The notes beneath the pieces are model-generated. The model ran no database searches, was not told the origin of the DNA, and worked only from the letters and a program-made list of their open reading frames with translations. The position numbers and the translations under genes are program-made. A DNA stretch of 64,000 nt from Giardia intestinalis (Eukaryota). The DNA is taken from assembly GCA_000002435.2 (NCBI GenBank), contig CM018792.1, one strand, 5' to 3'. Each line of letters opens with the position of its first letter. The first letter of the stretch is position 1. Shown here in pieces: positions 9,301-18,941 of the stretch.

Positions 9301-11671
9301 GTGGGGTCTGGAGAGAGGCCAGTTCAGAACTTTGGGAATACACATCGGTGAATTTGTGGATCAGTCGAGGTGTGACTTGAAAGGGGTGGGTCTTGATATA
9401 ATCTAAGGACCGGAGAATAGATCTTTTGCTCCGGTTCAAAGTCGCTGGAGTTACTTTCGCTGAATCTATTATTTGGTCTGTGGGGTATGGATCTGACAAG
9501 GAGCAGTCTTTGATGGCGTGAGCCAGTGACGAATTCGCGGGGCGCTTATCACGGTTACCACATTGGTGAGAAAGGCTACTATGTGAGATCCCTGACTCTT
9601 TGGTAGAAGCATCCTTCTTACAGAGAGAACTCCCATTTGCCCCCGTACTATTATAGAGATGAACGCCGTTGTGGGTGTCACCTGCACTGGAGGACGATGT
9701 GATGGCGGAAATGAGAGACCTATAGTTGATAACATGGTGAGCGGAGGTAGCACCCTGTGCAGTGGACTTACTTCTGTCTGATAGAATAACTTTACCTAGA
9801 AGAGCTCTGACGGTATTGTTGAAGAATATGGCAACCGTCTCTAACGTAGATTTTACCAAGAACAGTGAGTCCGCACACGTTAAGCAAGACTCCTGATACT
9901 CAAGAATGTGTTTGTATAGCTGTATCATGCTGCTGTCGTTAACCTCTGCTTGATAGACTCTTATAAACCGCTCTGCCTCGATAACGAAGAGGGGTATGTT
10001 GTTAGCTAAAAACGTGTGCGATGGATCTAAGATGTCTAAGTAAGTATCTGAGGTCTGTGATGAAAATATACACTGAGATTGCTGTCGCAAGCTATAGCCC
10101 CAGTTTCTGAAAAAATTAGAATAGAGCAGACACCAGAATGCTTTAAATAGTGACGCATATTTTTCTATAGTATTAGAAGCAGCGTTGGAAATGTGAGCCA
10201 TTACACCCGCTGTCTCCAGTGTTCTTAGAGCACGTGGAAGATGGGCTGTTTTAAAATCCAACTGACTAAATCCACTGAGACCATAGATAGCTCTGTGCTT
10301 TACCAGACGCTTGTGCGTATTCGTGAGAATATTGATAAAGATATGGTCTGACATCATTTTGTACTGAATGGTGATAACTATAAATCGTGAGAACGTGATA
10401 GAGCATAGCTGCATTCTAATGAAAACTGAAAGGACCGAGCGGGCACTTAGGGAGTGACGGTGATCTAAATAAAGAGAGATAACTCTTGTGATTTTCAACA
10501 CTTCAAGGATTCTGAACCAAAATCCCAAACGAACGAGGACCAACAGAGAAGATCCAGAGTAGATGGTTGCAAATAGTGAATAGAGGAACTGAACCAGTGC
10601 ATAGTCCAGTCCAAACGAGAGAAGAAACGCTACAATAACCTCCAAGTTCATACTTTGAAAAAGCACACACAGCTGCTGTGGTAATGAACAACTCTGCAGG
10701 TGAGGAGGAGCAGCCGAAGAGGCAAGTGACAGTAGGTTGGGAACAAAGAACAAAACAGCCCCTGCTAATCCTATGCTGAACAACTGTATGATAAATGTGA
10801 TAATATCATGTTGTTGTTGGTGCATCTTATGCAACAGAGACGTTAGTATGTAGATAATACGAGAACACGTCCCCCCGGTGGTACAATTGGCGGCATACCT
10901 CACGAGCCTACGCAGCACAGTTGACAGGTCAGCATAGCTAAGCCTTAACATGTGCGAAAAAGAAAAGTCAGATTGCTGGTACAGTGAGTACCCTAGATGC
11001 TGAACAAGGAGAGTGGAAATATTAAGCTCGCGCGGAAGAACGCGTCCAGACTGGCTACAAGTCAGTGCCATTGTTGCATCGAAATTCACCAGGCCACGCG
11101 TGACGCCATAATATGAGATGAGACCCATAAATGCGAAAATGCTAATTACTAACTCATCAACAGCGACAACATCTGTGCTGTGAACAGTCTGCGGAACATT
11201 GAAGAATGAAGCTAGATAGAGAGAAAGGAGACAAATAAGTGGGACGGTTTTGGTACAAAGAAGTAAAAACTGACGTAAAAAGTACGAAAAGCTAGTTGAG
11301 TGCATCTTTCTATGCATGGCATTGACGAACATTCCGATAACAGAACAAAGACAGAAGTAGGGTAGTAGCAGTACTAGAGTCAATATTAAAGAGACGATGG
11401 GATCCTGAGAGACAAAGGGTAAGATGGGCTTATTGTAACGACGAACCTTATGAAACAAGATTGCAGTGGACAATAAATCTAGATATACAAGTATTGGATT
11501 AAAAAGCTGAAAGACCATAGCGTCCACAAAGAAGAAGAAAGATAGACAGAGCACGCCGCAGCCTCGAAGCGTTAAAAAGTGACGAAGAATCAGCAAGAAA
11601 AAAAACTGCACATGCAACGAGTTGAAGTAGAAGGAAGCAATGTCACTCTTATTAAGCCGCGAGGATCTCAT
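6389..11671 (-). CDS. Large hypothetical polytopic membrane protein (1760 aa)
   Basis: ATG verified at 11671. The N-terminal ~420 aa carry roughly ten strongly hydrophobic segments, including VLVRLGFWFRILEVLKITRV with periodic basic residues. A long soluble Ser-rich C-terminal portion follows. A 5.3-kb intron-free ORF. Confidence 0.65.
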   Translation of the reverse strand: MRSSRLNKSDIASFYFNSLHVQFFFLLILRHFLTLRGCGVLCLSFFFFVDAMVFQLFNPILVYLDLLSTAILFHKVRRYNKPILPFVSQDPIVSLILTLVLLLPYFCLCSVIGMFVNAMHRKMHSTSFSYFLRQFLLLCTKTVPLICLLSLYLASFFNVPQTVHSTDVVAVDELVISIFAFMGLISYYGVTRGLVNFDATMALTCSQSGRVLPRELNISTLLVQHLGYSLYQQSDFSFSHMLRLSYADLSTVLRRLVRYAANCTTGGTCSRIIYILTSLLHKMHQQQHDIITFIIQLFSIGLAGAVLFFVPNLLSLASSAAPPHLQSCSLPQQLCVLFQSMNLEVIVAFLLSFGLDYALVQFLYSLFATIYSGSSLLVLVRLGFWFRILEVLKITRVISLYLDHRHSLSARSVLSVFIRMQLCSITFSRFIVITIQYKMMSDHIFINILTNTHKRLVKHRAIYGLSGFSQLDFKTAHLPRALRTLETAGVMAHISNAASNTIEKYASLFKAFWCLLYSNFFRNWGYSLRQQSQCIFSSQTSDTYLDILDPSHTFLANNIPLFVIEAERFIRVYQAEVNDSSMIQLYKHILEYQESCLTCADSLFLVKSTLETVAIFFNNTVRALLGKVILSDRSKSTAQGATSAHHVINYRSLISAITSSSSAGDTHNGVHLYNSTGANGSSLCKKDASTKESGISHSSLSHQCGNRDKRPANSSLAHAIKDCSLSDPYPTDQIIDSAKVTPATLNRSKRSILRSLDYIKTHPFQVTPRLIHKFTDVYSQSSELASLQTPLMNIDFLDPFDDSHASIGQQTMEESSSLSVTGQKLLEYQQLERALHDLSYPTSTGESLSPFGDRTRKKNSSSELAVSINVQKTAVTFPIPFSQQCSFNSTPTSSCSTPISTPAFFFSNVKPLPHNTLNTLPYPGASRKYRLKELEILNYLAVDDNAALMDPLKDRSLYFALLEDLEKALSTTFFDWVFVFGFTISAGYQEAIYSDVIERASKAQFMLQYARMANSTIRVIPKLFLSLLSSSLGVTLLVARCRKGQSPLVHVIQCDVSLDICPSPSCTSTNTSQISDSIIFSSIASVAILDPQKLLLLCKTMQVFTITLERLQNHYKMHKLASMMYTRKKREKSQYLAYITHCLNCAVVFHSISSRVMAQSQVFSKEQRRLLVSLHRFAELNVYNLEVILSIIRFKTINLDGFTKRIQNCLLSSHDISITLASKGSSWNLFDILDRVLIEQNLALVADLQPIYTIALSNRRWRSPRTCSIQAYSLLSPHNVHYSDERAATGGQSTMELVNYVLYTNVQMTYNFKLAFLIISSLHRYLYAHEVDVHISDGLAERVDSGISNDVVYGSSDLIARYQYASDSSYLKQCSRSRSRSRKGNPVFAGATLTSLATNYLTVDFVIEKIPPQLYDVFAVAICNCWAALCSDMPYIYLQKALGSYLSRRHGGTAPIVRRACSCPAAGATFNFIPNPGTPRSGVYSHNDWSVESMYLLDATKILSHILALKALLFEQCSFSIDDSRIHLRVHMKRAGDPGLSELVLPDTDSCASSMYGEQGVIYTPPHCAEKKLYQQKTTEAPRLTADLNHEGIVGLGRMYPNLLDPVSEETSKSEVSRGYPDMQPSIVSTKFGFVLLNRLPLVTLFTKPARILRAVSSAAASLNMDLLQCASEDELSHSTYPAYVLCQLDIIDDAHGHTSRDDKVILTFKGFMPQTDAETSAMHPIVLKKVTVQTSFYSFCIALGSLLKDFLAAARAGVN

Positions 11672-11688
11672 ATCCTCTATTCTAAATT

Positions 11689-12363
11689 CTAACTATTAGC
11701 ATCTACAGCTGAAGACACAACAACTGTAGAAAGAGAGGTTTGGGCAAGCGCTTCAACTTTCTCGAAAAGTGCTTCTAGGTGTATGCGTGCATCTGCACAA
11801 GTTGCTTCAAACCGAGAGATGTGCTGTAGAAGTGGACTCTGCCTCGTAGCGTTGACAAAGGCTTCTCGAGAAGAATGAAGGCTGATGAGCTCCTGTTTTA
11901 GTGCAGAAAGCCGCTTATTTATGCGGTACAGTAGCCCTTTTCCGTTTGAACCTCCCGTGATGACGCCCATGGTTCGCACAATCTCACGGTAAGCATAGCA
12001 TTTGGCATTTAGGCGTGCTTCAAGTTGATCATTTATGTCCCTCTGGGTCCAGAGGTGCCTTATCAGGTGCTGAGTAACCAAATCGTACCTCCTACAGAGA
12101 GACTCAATCAGAGTGTCAACGGAAGGAAGGGAGCGAGTCGTGGCATCTTCCGATGCCTTGATCATGTGCTGAAGCTCCGATGACTGCAAATAGCCATTGC
12201 GTAAAACTATATCCAAAAAAATATCAATCCTGTCAAAAAAAGTAATTTTAAGTTCTTCAGCGTCACGGTTCTGTTGAACCCGTTGGCGGACAGAATCTGG
12301 CAGGGAGTGCAGGAGTGAAGACCAAGTGAGGAGAGAGGGCTCATGCCCATGTGAGAGAGGCAT
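11689..12363 (-). CDS. Hypothetical protein (track start 12387 is TTG; first ATG at 12363)
   Basis: ORF. No family recognised. Predicted helical. Confidence 0.45.
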   Translation of the reverse strand: MPLSHGHEPSLLTWSSLLHSLPDSVRQRVQQNRDAEELKITFFDRIDIFLDIVLRNGYLQSSELQHMIKASEDATTRSLPSVDTLIESLCRRYDLVTQHLIRHLWTQRDINDQLEARLNAKCYAYREIVRTMGVITGGSNGKGLLYRINKRLSALKQELISLHSSREAFVNATRQSPLLQHISRFEATCADARIHLEALFEKVEALAQTSLSTVVVSSAVDANS

Positions 12364-12499
12364 ATCAAGCCTGTCCTCAGATGACAAATTTTTTTAACGT
12401 TAGAAAAAACTGCAACTGAAAATACGAACTACGAACTGGCCAGAAATAAAATCGCCCCATAAGATTATCTGCAGTAACAAGCATCAAAAAGAAGTAATA

Positions 12500-12784
12500 T
12501 TAACTCTGTATGTGGCTTAGCTTGACATCGAGTTCTGAGATGAGGGCTTGCTGCTTTTTAATCACTATCACGATGAGGTCTACTTGCCCTCGTATACCTT
12601 GCATACGATAAAGGTGCCGCTTAGCCCCTTCTCTGTCGTGTTTTCTGAGACAATCCTTAGCCTTTTGCTTAAGATTAGAAAGCTCGTCAACTAATTCCTT
12701 TAGTCTTTCTTTGCTATCTTTATAATTGGACTCTAGTTGATTGCGTACCTGAAGAAATTCGGTGACTCGATTCTGAGAACTCAT
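12500..12784 (-). CDS. Small coiled-coil protein (94 aa)
   Basis: ATG at 12784. Heptad-rich sequence (LKELVDELSNLKQKAKD...). Divergent partner of the 12810 gene with a 25-bp spacer. Confidence 0.45.
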   Translation of the reverse strand: MSSQNRVTEFLQVRNQLESNYKDSKERLKELVDELSNLKQKAKDCLRKHDREGAKRHLYRMQGIRGQVDLIVIVIKKQQALISELDVKLSHIQS

Positions 12785-12809
12785 CGACGGGTTTTAATTT
12801 TGCAAATAA

Positions 12810-13388
12810 ATGCTCAAGGTCGACACAATCAGGGAGGCTGAGGAAACTCTCGAAAGATTTGTGCTGCAGATGATTCAGTCCAACAAGCGCGTGGTCACGC
12901 TTTGGCTACGCGGCGTGACGTTTCATGACAAGGGCATGTATCTTGTTTCAGTGCTTCTTACAGTGCTGGTCTTGTACAGTTACACTTTCGTCCCCAATTC
13001 GCTGGGTGCGATGGCACTCACGGGAATATACTACGTTGTTCTGAGGACAAACTGGTCAAGAAGTGAGCAAATCATGAGGCTTTTTGGGGTCAATGATGGG
13101 TGCGAGATAACTGACGACGATATTAAGCGTCATCATATGCTGGCTGCAAGCGTTGGTAGGCGCTTTGGGAAAGCTTTCAAACGCGTTGTTGATGCGTACA
13201 GGGCATACTCTAAGTTTGGTCTTAATGCTGACATCGGGAAGACATATCCTATTTTTATCTTGTTAGGAAGCAGTCTGTTCACGTTTTACTTTACTTCGGT
13301 TTACCATATGGTTCTCTTTTTATCTGTTTGTACTTATCTCTGGGGTCCCATTAGCTTTTTACTTAAGGCCAGGCGCAAAACTAATTGA
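12810..13388 (+). CDS. Hypothetical membrane protein (192 aa; two paired hydrophobic hairpins, reticulon/REEP-like topology)
   Basis: ATG at 12810 preceded by ttttgcaaataaATG. Hydrophobic pairs at residues ~43-90 and ~150-185. Confidence 0.5.
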   Translation: MLKVDTIREAEETLERFVLQMIQSNKRVVTLWLRGVTFHDKGMYLVSVLLTVLVLYSYTFVPNSLGAMALTGIYYVVLRTNWSRSEQIMRLFGVNDGCEITDDDIKRHHMLAASVGRRFGKAFKRVVDAYRAYSKFGLNADIGKTYPIFILLGSSLFTFYFTSVYHMVLFLSVCTYLWGPISFLLKARRKTN

Positions 13389-13883
13389 TCTGTGGGATGT
13401 GGAGTAGTTGTGGAAGCATTTTCACTCCTTACTTGTATGTTCGTCCAACACCATAATGGTGGGTTTCTCTTAGCATAGGACGACCTACCCTTCAAAAGAT
13501 GTATAAACACGCACATTTATATGTCACCTAGGGTGTTGCTGCCTAGTCCTATCTAAAAGAAGCTCAGTGGACGCTGTCATTCAAGTGTGTATTCCGCCAT
13601 CTTCTAAATCCAATGATTCGGACATCGCTCAACTCTAAAAAAGAGCTTCTTTGCTTTGTGCACTTGCTACTTGCTCTCTGGGTCCTAGACCTTCAGAAGT
13701 TGTTAGGTTCATGTGTCCACCTTTACTTGCGAGCCCTTTCTATGCTAATTTCAAGACTCAAGAAAATATTTCTCAAGTATCCTCTTTGGGTTTAAGTGGT
13801 TTAGAGCTCTTGTTAAGCCTTGATGTCATTGCATATTTGTCATTAGACTGGGATGGGTTTGAAAGGCTGTGTGATCTTACTGA

Positions 13884-14996
13884 TTAAAAGCTCTCTAGTG
13901 GGCGCAAGTATTCGCATATCGCCTTATGGTTCTTAGATGCTGCATAATCGTATGCACTTTTGCCGTTTTTGCACTTTATTTTTGCCTCTTTGGCTGAGAG
14001 AAACTCGACAACTTCAAGGTGACCTGCAAAGGCCGCTACCATCATCGCAGTCATGCCATTTGTGTCCACGACAAGGGCTTCCCGGTCTGCCAAAATCTTA
14101 ACTATATCCACATGACCTGCGTATGCTGCATGCATGAGCGCTGTCCGCCCACGGGAGTCCTGGTACATGTCTTCAACATCGCAGAGTAGCAAAACAATCT
14201 CCAGGAAGTTTGATTGGGCTGCAATCATTAGTGCTGTCATGCCGTTGTTCGATTGTAGCCCATTTTCCACGGCTGCAAGAAGCTTTGCTGCATCTATATT
14301 GTTATCTTGGACAGCCTGCATCAACGCAGTCCACCCCAGCTTATTGCGGTTGCCAGCTTCGTGCCTGGACAGATCCTCAATAACATCGAAGTTGCCAGCC
14401 TGAACGGCGATCATGAGGGCTGTCTTGCCGTTCTCCTCTGAGATGTTGGCTTCCTCTGCACACAACAATCTCAATGCATCAAGTGCGTTACTCTTCGCTG
14501 CATACATGAGCGCAGTCCATCCCGTCTTGTCCTGGATCTTATTCTCAACCGGAAGAAGTATAGGGATTACAGAGTGAATGTTCTTCTTTGCTGCTAGCAT
14601 GAGGGCGGTGGCTCCGTCAAGGCGCTGAAGCCCCCCTTCCAGATTGACAAGTATCTTCACTGCCTCCACATTGCTGCTCATTGTGGCAATCATCAAAGCT
14701 GTACATCCATCCTTCAATCTACAACAAGGTTCTAGTTCTGCAAGTAACCGGACGATCTCTGCTGACTGAGATGCCGCGGCGATCATGAGTGCTGTTTCCA
14801 TTTTAATATTTGTGTCACCAGATTCATGAGGAGCGAGTATCTCCGCTAGCTCTCTGTTGCCCATGCGTGCTGCCTTCATCAAGGCTGTCTCTCCCAGCTC
14901 ATCCTGAGTGTGCGCATACTTGTCAATATTCATTTCTATGACCTTGGTATAGCCTTTGGCAACTGCTTGAAACCATTTAGCCGTCAGATCGGCCAT
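13884..14996 (-). CDS. Ankyrin-repeat protein (protein 21.1 family)
   Basis: Repeated G-TALM-AA-G-...-L motifs throughout. The track start at 15065 is a TTG. First ATG at 14996 with AT-rich upstream (taaatttttaattttgATG). Confidence 0.8.
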   Translation of the reverse strand: MADLTAKWFQAVAKGYTKVIEMNIDKYAHTQDELGETALMKAARMGNRELAEILAPHESGDTNIKMETALMIAAASQSAEIVRLLAELEPCCRLKDGCTALMIATMSSNVEAVKILVNLEGGLQRLDGATALMLAAKKNIHSVIPILLPVENKIQDKTGWTALMYAAKSNALDALRLLCAEEANISEENGKTALMIAVQAGNFDVIEDLSRHEAGNRNKLGWTALMQAVQDNNIDAAKLLAAVENGLQSNNGMTALMIAAQSNFLEIVLLLCDVEDMYQDSRGRTALMHAAYAGHVDIVKILADREALVVDTNGMTAMMVAAFAGHLEVVEFLSAKEAKIKCKNGKSAYDYAASKNHKAICEYLRPLESF

Positions 14997-15038
14997 CAAA
15001 ATTAAAAATTTATACAGAGCCCGAAATTCCTTATCGAA

Positions 15039-18000
15039 ATGAGCAAAGAGAAACAAGACAAACAAGGTTCTGATATTAAATCGACGGCAACTCTCCAGCT
15101 GTCGATCTCTTTTAATCTTGAGGCCTCGTTTCTTCCCTTCTCAAGTACTCTGCCAGTCCTGCAGCTCATAGTCCCAGGGGTCTCACCTATTTCCCTACCC
15201 TACTATACCATCAACGGAGAATTTCCTCCTGAGCCAGTTGCCAAAAAAGAGCCCAGTAAGAAAGAGCCTGTGCCCGTCGATCAGGGTGCTGACATCAAGT
15301 TGGTAGAGGCCATTTTCAAAGAAATAGACATACCTAATCCACTTGGGCTTGTTCAGCAGTTTTTAACTAACCCCATAAAGCTTATGCTCAGCAGTCCCCT
15401 CGCTTCAGATAAAGAAAAAGACCAAGATAAAACGTCATCGTCTCTCTTGCTTCCAGCATCTATACTTCTCGTTGATCTACCACTAAAGACTTCCTTTTGC
15501 CTCCTATCATCTACTTTACCAGATCTGCGTCTGGATGGCTTCCTCCGGCTTTCAATCTTACGAGCATCTCATGTTTCCAAGGATTCTACACAAAGATTCA
15601 TATCCTTTCTTCCCCGTGCCATTACAGAGACAACGCTAAACGTATTCGTGATTCGTATCCTCTCTTTTAAAGGTATACCCCTGGTGGGAGATCTGAACTA
15701 TCGCACAGCATTCTTTGAACCAATAAAGCTCTCTCTTACTATCTTCGGCACGACATACTACTCTGATTCAATATCACATGAGCTTTTAGGAGGAACACAG
15801 AACCAGCTAACTACGAATACAAGTCAGGGGATAAGCATGCAGTACCTGCAATCGGATGAAACAGCCGTAAACCTGTGCGTTGCAAAGGCATTTACCACCA
15901 CGGATGAAATTGCACAACTATATGCCGAACTTGCCACTACTCCGGCAACTGTTGAGCTTTTTTACAAAGCCAAACCTAAACGAGAAACCCCAGTCAACCA
16001 ACAACCCAACTCTGGAAAGGAGGCCAAAGCCACTCCTGCCACTACCACCAAGAAACTACCGTCCAAGCCCAAAGAGGACGATGAAGACACTCGAGAAGAT
16101 GATTTCTTTTCGTTCTCAGTGATAGCTGAGATCAATCTGGTTCCTCTAACCGAGGATGATAGAGTTCTTGACACAGTTGTTAGCCTCAAGCCCGTATTTA
16201 AGTATAAAATAACACAGGTTCCCGATTTGTCTAAAGTAGCTCTCCGCCACATGGAGTGCTCCTCCACCATAAATCAGGCATGTCCCATACCTCAAACTCT
16301 GGCTTTGGGATCATGGAACGATGCCAGCATTAAGGTGCAAGCCGCCACTGCTAGCCTTTTAAAGAAGAACCCTGTCATTAAAACTTCAGAACCAAGACTA
16401 GCCGAGCAGCAAAGCACTTCTATGCAACACTTTGAACGGGCATACTTCTATCTCAAACCGAATGACCTGTACATAGCGAGCATTGTTCTTTCGTATGTAG
16501 CTCAAAAGAACATTAATGCAATTAGGCTCTTCAATCCGAAACTAGCAGAACAATTTGAGCACCCGGATACTCGAGTGGGGCAGAGCGCGAAACACACGAG
16601 CGCAGAGAAAGCGATAGCAGTTACAGATAGCACATCTGTAGAAGAAATCGCTGCATCATCCGTTCTGTCCAGAGAAGATACACAGGAGTGGCTCTCCCAG
16701 TGTGCATCCTCGTTAAAAGTCTTAGCAATTAAAGACGTACGGGAAAAAATAGGCTCAACAAACACCTGCGATAGCATTAAAGCGCCCTTTATTACGGGCT
16801 GGCACTTCTCAGATCCAAGCTTTCAGCTTATATGTTTAGAAGCCCCCGCATGCTACGGTTTGATAATGCCTCTTGCGCAGAAGGTTGACAGCTTGACCAA
16901 GTTACAAGTTGATATGCCAACGGACAGCCTTATCTCTCCATGCACTAAGTGCGGTCCAAACGTCAAGTTCGATAGTAGACTTATGCCAACGTCATCTCTG
17001 CTTTTAGAGAGGTTTTGCTTTGTTAACGAGATACAGGCCCTCGCTGAGAAATCATCCTCTTGGACAGCAACCACAGCGACCGCGCAAAACAGACGCGCGC
17101 TGGCCACTATGCTGTCTCTATTCACTTCATTGAAGATTGAAGGGGAGCCTATGCATGACCTCCTGGGAAAAGTTGTAAAACGATGTTTCAGAATAGAGTA
17201 TACTCCTGTCCCAATGAATATGAGACAGATTGCTGCGCTAAAGGCATTTTTGAATGACCGTGACATTCAGAGCTTGAAGACGTGGATTGGAGGAGTTCTC
17301 CCACAGCATATGAGAACCATCAGCCTTCTTTCTTATAAAGATGGTCCTGTTGTTCCCTTGGTTAATGCACCAGATGACATGATGGCCAAAAGCGGTTCAT
17401 GGGGCGTTGGTACCAGATCTGTGTCTCAAAGGATCAGGCCTCACGGCATGTGTGATACTGTATCAATAAATATGTCAATAATGGGAACAGGCTTGGATGA
17501 GATTGCCAATTACAGTGCAACACTTGCAGCCACCGCCCACGAGGCCTCAGATCTCCTTCGTCAGAAAGATGCCCATGGAATGAAGGAACATAGGCGTGCC
17601 GCATCATCTACAGATGCTAATTTGGCGTCAAGCACTCTATTGAGCCTCACCAAACGCATGAAGTATGAACTGAATGGGGACGACGAATCTGGCCTGCATG
17701 GCAATGTACAACCTCTTAACACTAATGAGGAGCAGATTGTTAATCAAATAATGAACAACAGTCTTCTCCCAGAGCGCTCGCGGACAGCAGTTTCAGATGC
17801 TGTGGCTGGGAGGGTGAAGTTTTCGTATTCTAATCAAACACTGGGGATCAAGAACCTTCAGAGCAAGGCTAGGGACCTTATAGTAGCATCTGGCAAAGGT
17901 AAGGGTCACAAGATTCCTCTATGGGAAGGGTACCGTGACCCCAAGTTGCCGCACTTGTCTCGGTATTCAACAAGGGGCTCAAAAGAGTATGAGCTTGAAA

Positions 18001-18941
18001 AGGGCTACGTACTCACGCCCAATTTAAAGTGCAAACCCTTTGAGCACAGCGGTCAAAGTTGGCGCTCAGACATGAAGACAGCAATAGATGACTACAAGAA
18101 GGACGACCTGGCCGTGCCCTGGGACGAGGACACTGTGCAGAGGATGCTTCTAACACAGCATGTAGCCGCAGACATGAAGCCACCGGAAGGAAAGCCTGTC
18201 TTTTATACCCATTCAAAACCAATCAAATATTTTGACCAGGACAAGGAGCGCATGGGCTCAGTGATTCGCGACGATGCTGACTATAGAGAATATTTAAAGA
18301 AAAAGGAGCGGCAAGAGTGGAAGGAAAAGATAGTGGTTGATCACACGCACATTAATTTGCCTAAGGTTAACAGAACAGATACCCAGGGGCGTCTAAGGTC
18401 GAGTATCTCGCATCCAATACTACAAGATGAGCCCAGGAAATACTCACTGAAGATTGTTAATGGTTCAGGAAGCCTCAGCAAAATACCTGCTACGCTCACT
18501 CAAGAGCCATGGACAGACCCCGCCAAAGGAGACTATGCCGCGTTACTGGAAAAGTCTCGGCCAATCGGCTTGAAGAAGGCCAGTGACATTCACCCTTCGC
18601 TAGTCGAGGAGGTGGCGGCAATTGCACGAAGCAGCCGCTTGGTGTTCAAGTCTCGAGAGGAAGCAGATACCATGTCAGAGGAAGAAAAGAAGCGGCGTCG
18701 CGCAGAATTGAGGCGAGAGGCCACTGCTCAGCTGATGTTGAGGATGCGGTCACTAACACAAAAAGAATCTGAAGGGATTGACACTAATGAGCTCATCAAA
18801 ATGGCCAAGCAAATCATCAGTAAAAATGGAGAAGTGCAATATGACCTCAACCTAACACAGTTCAGTAGATATTCCGGCTTGCATGCAATAGATCTTATCG
18901 ACCGAACACCAAAAGTTATGGCTAAGCCAGTCAATTATTAA
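15039..18941 (+). CDS. Large hypothetical protein (1300 aa)
   Basis: ATG at 15039. 3.9-kb intron-free ORF with low-complexity Ser/Thr/Lys-rich stretches. No family recognised. Confidence 0.6.
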   Translation: MSKEKQDKQGSDIKSTATLQLSISFNLEASFLPFSSTLPVLQLIVPGVSPISLPYYTINGEFPPEPVAKKEPSKKEPVPVDQGADIKLVEAIFKEIDIPNPLGLVQQFLTNPIKLMLSSPLASDKEKDQDKTSSSLLLPASILLVDLPLKTSFCLLSSTLPDLRLDGFLRLSILRASHVSKDSTQRFISFLPRAITETTLNVFVIRILSFKGIPLVGDLNYRTAFFEPIKLSLTIFGTTYYSDSISHELLGGTQNQLTTNTSQGISMQYLQSDETAVNLCVAKAFTTTDEIAQLYAELATTPATVELFYKAKPKRETPVNQQPNSGKEAKATPATTTKKLPSKPKEDDEDTREDDFFSFSVIAEINLVPLTEDDRVLDTVVSLKPVFKYKITQVPDLSKVALRHMECSSTINQACPIPQTLALGSWNDASIKVQAATASLLKKNPVIKTSEPRLAEQQSTSMQHFERAYFYLKPNDLYIASIVLSYVAQKNINAIRLFNPKLAEQFEHPDTRVGQSAKHTSAEKAIAVTDSTSVEEIAASSVLSREDTQEWLSQCASSLKVLAIKDVREKIGSTNTCDSIKAPFITGWHFSDPSFQLICLEAPACYGLIMPLAQKVDSLTKLQVDMPTDSLISPCTKCGPNVKFDSRLMPTSSLLLERFCFVNEIQALAEKSSSWTATTATAQNRRALATMLSLFTSLKIEGEPMHDLLGKVVKRCFRIEYTPVPMNMRQIAALKAFLNDRDIQSLKTWIGGVLPQHMRTISLLSYKDGPVVPLVNAPDDMMAKSGSWGVGTRSVSQRIRPHGMCDTVSINMSIMGTGLDEIANYSATLAATAHEASDLLRQKDAHGMKEHRRAASSTDANLASSTLLSLTKRMKYELNGDDESGLHGNVQPLNTNEEQIVNQIMNNSLLPERSRTAVSDAVAGRVKFSYSNQTLGIKNLQSKARDLIVASGKGKGHKIPLWEGYRDPKLPHLSRYSTRGSKEYELEKGYVLTPNLKCKPFEHSGQSWRSDMKTAIDDYKKDDLAVPWDEDTVQRMLLTQHVAADMKPPEGKPVFYTHSKPIKYFDQDKERMGSVIRDDADYREYLKKKERQEWKEKIVVDHTHINLPKVNRTDTQGRLRSSISHPILQDEPRKYSLKIVNGSGSLSKIPATLTQEPWTDPAKGDYAALLEKSRPIGLKKASDIHPSLVEEVAAIARSSRLVFKSREEADTMSEEEKKRRRAELRREATAQLMLRMRSLTQKESEGIDTNELIKMAKQIISKNGEVQYDLNLTQFSRYSGLHAIDLIDRTPKVMAKPVNY

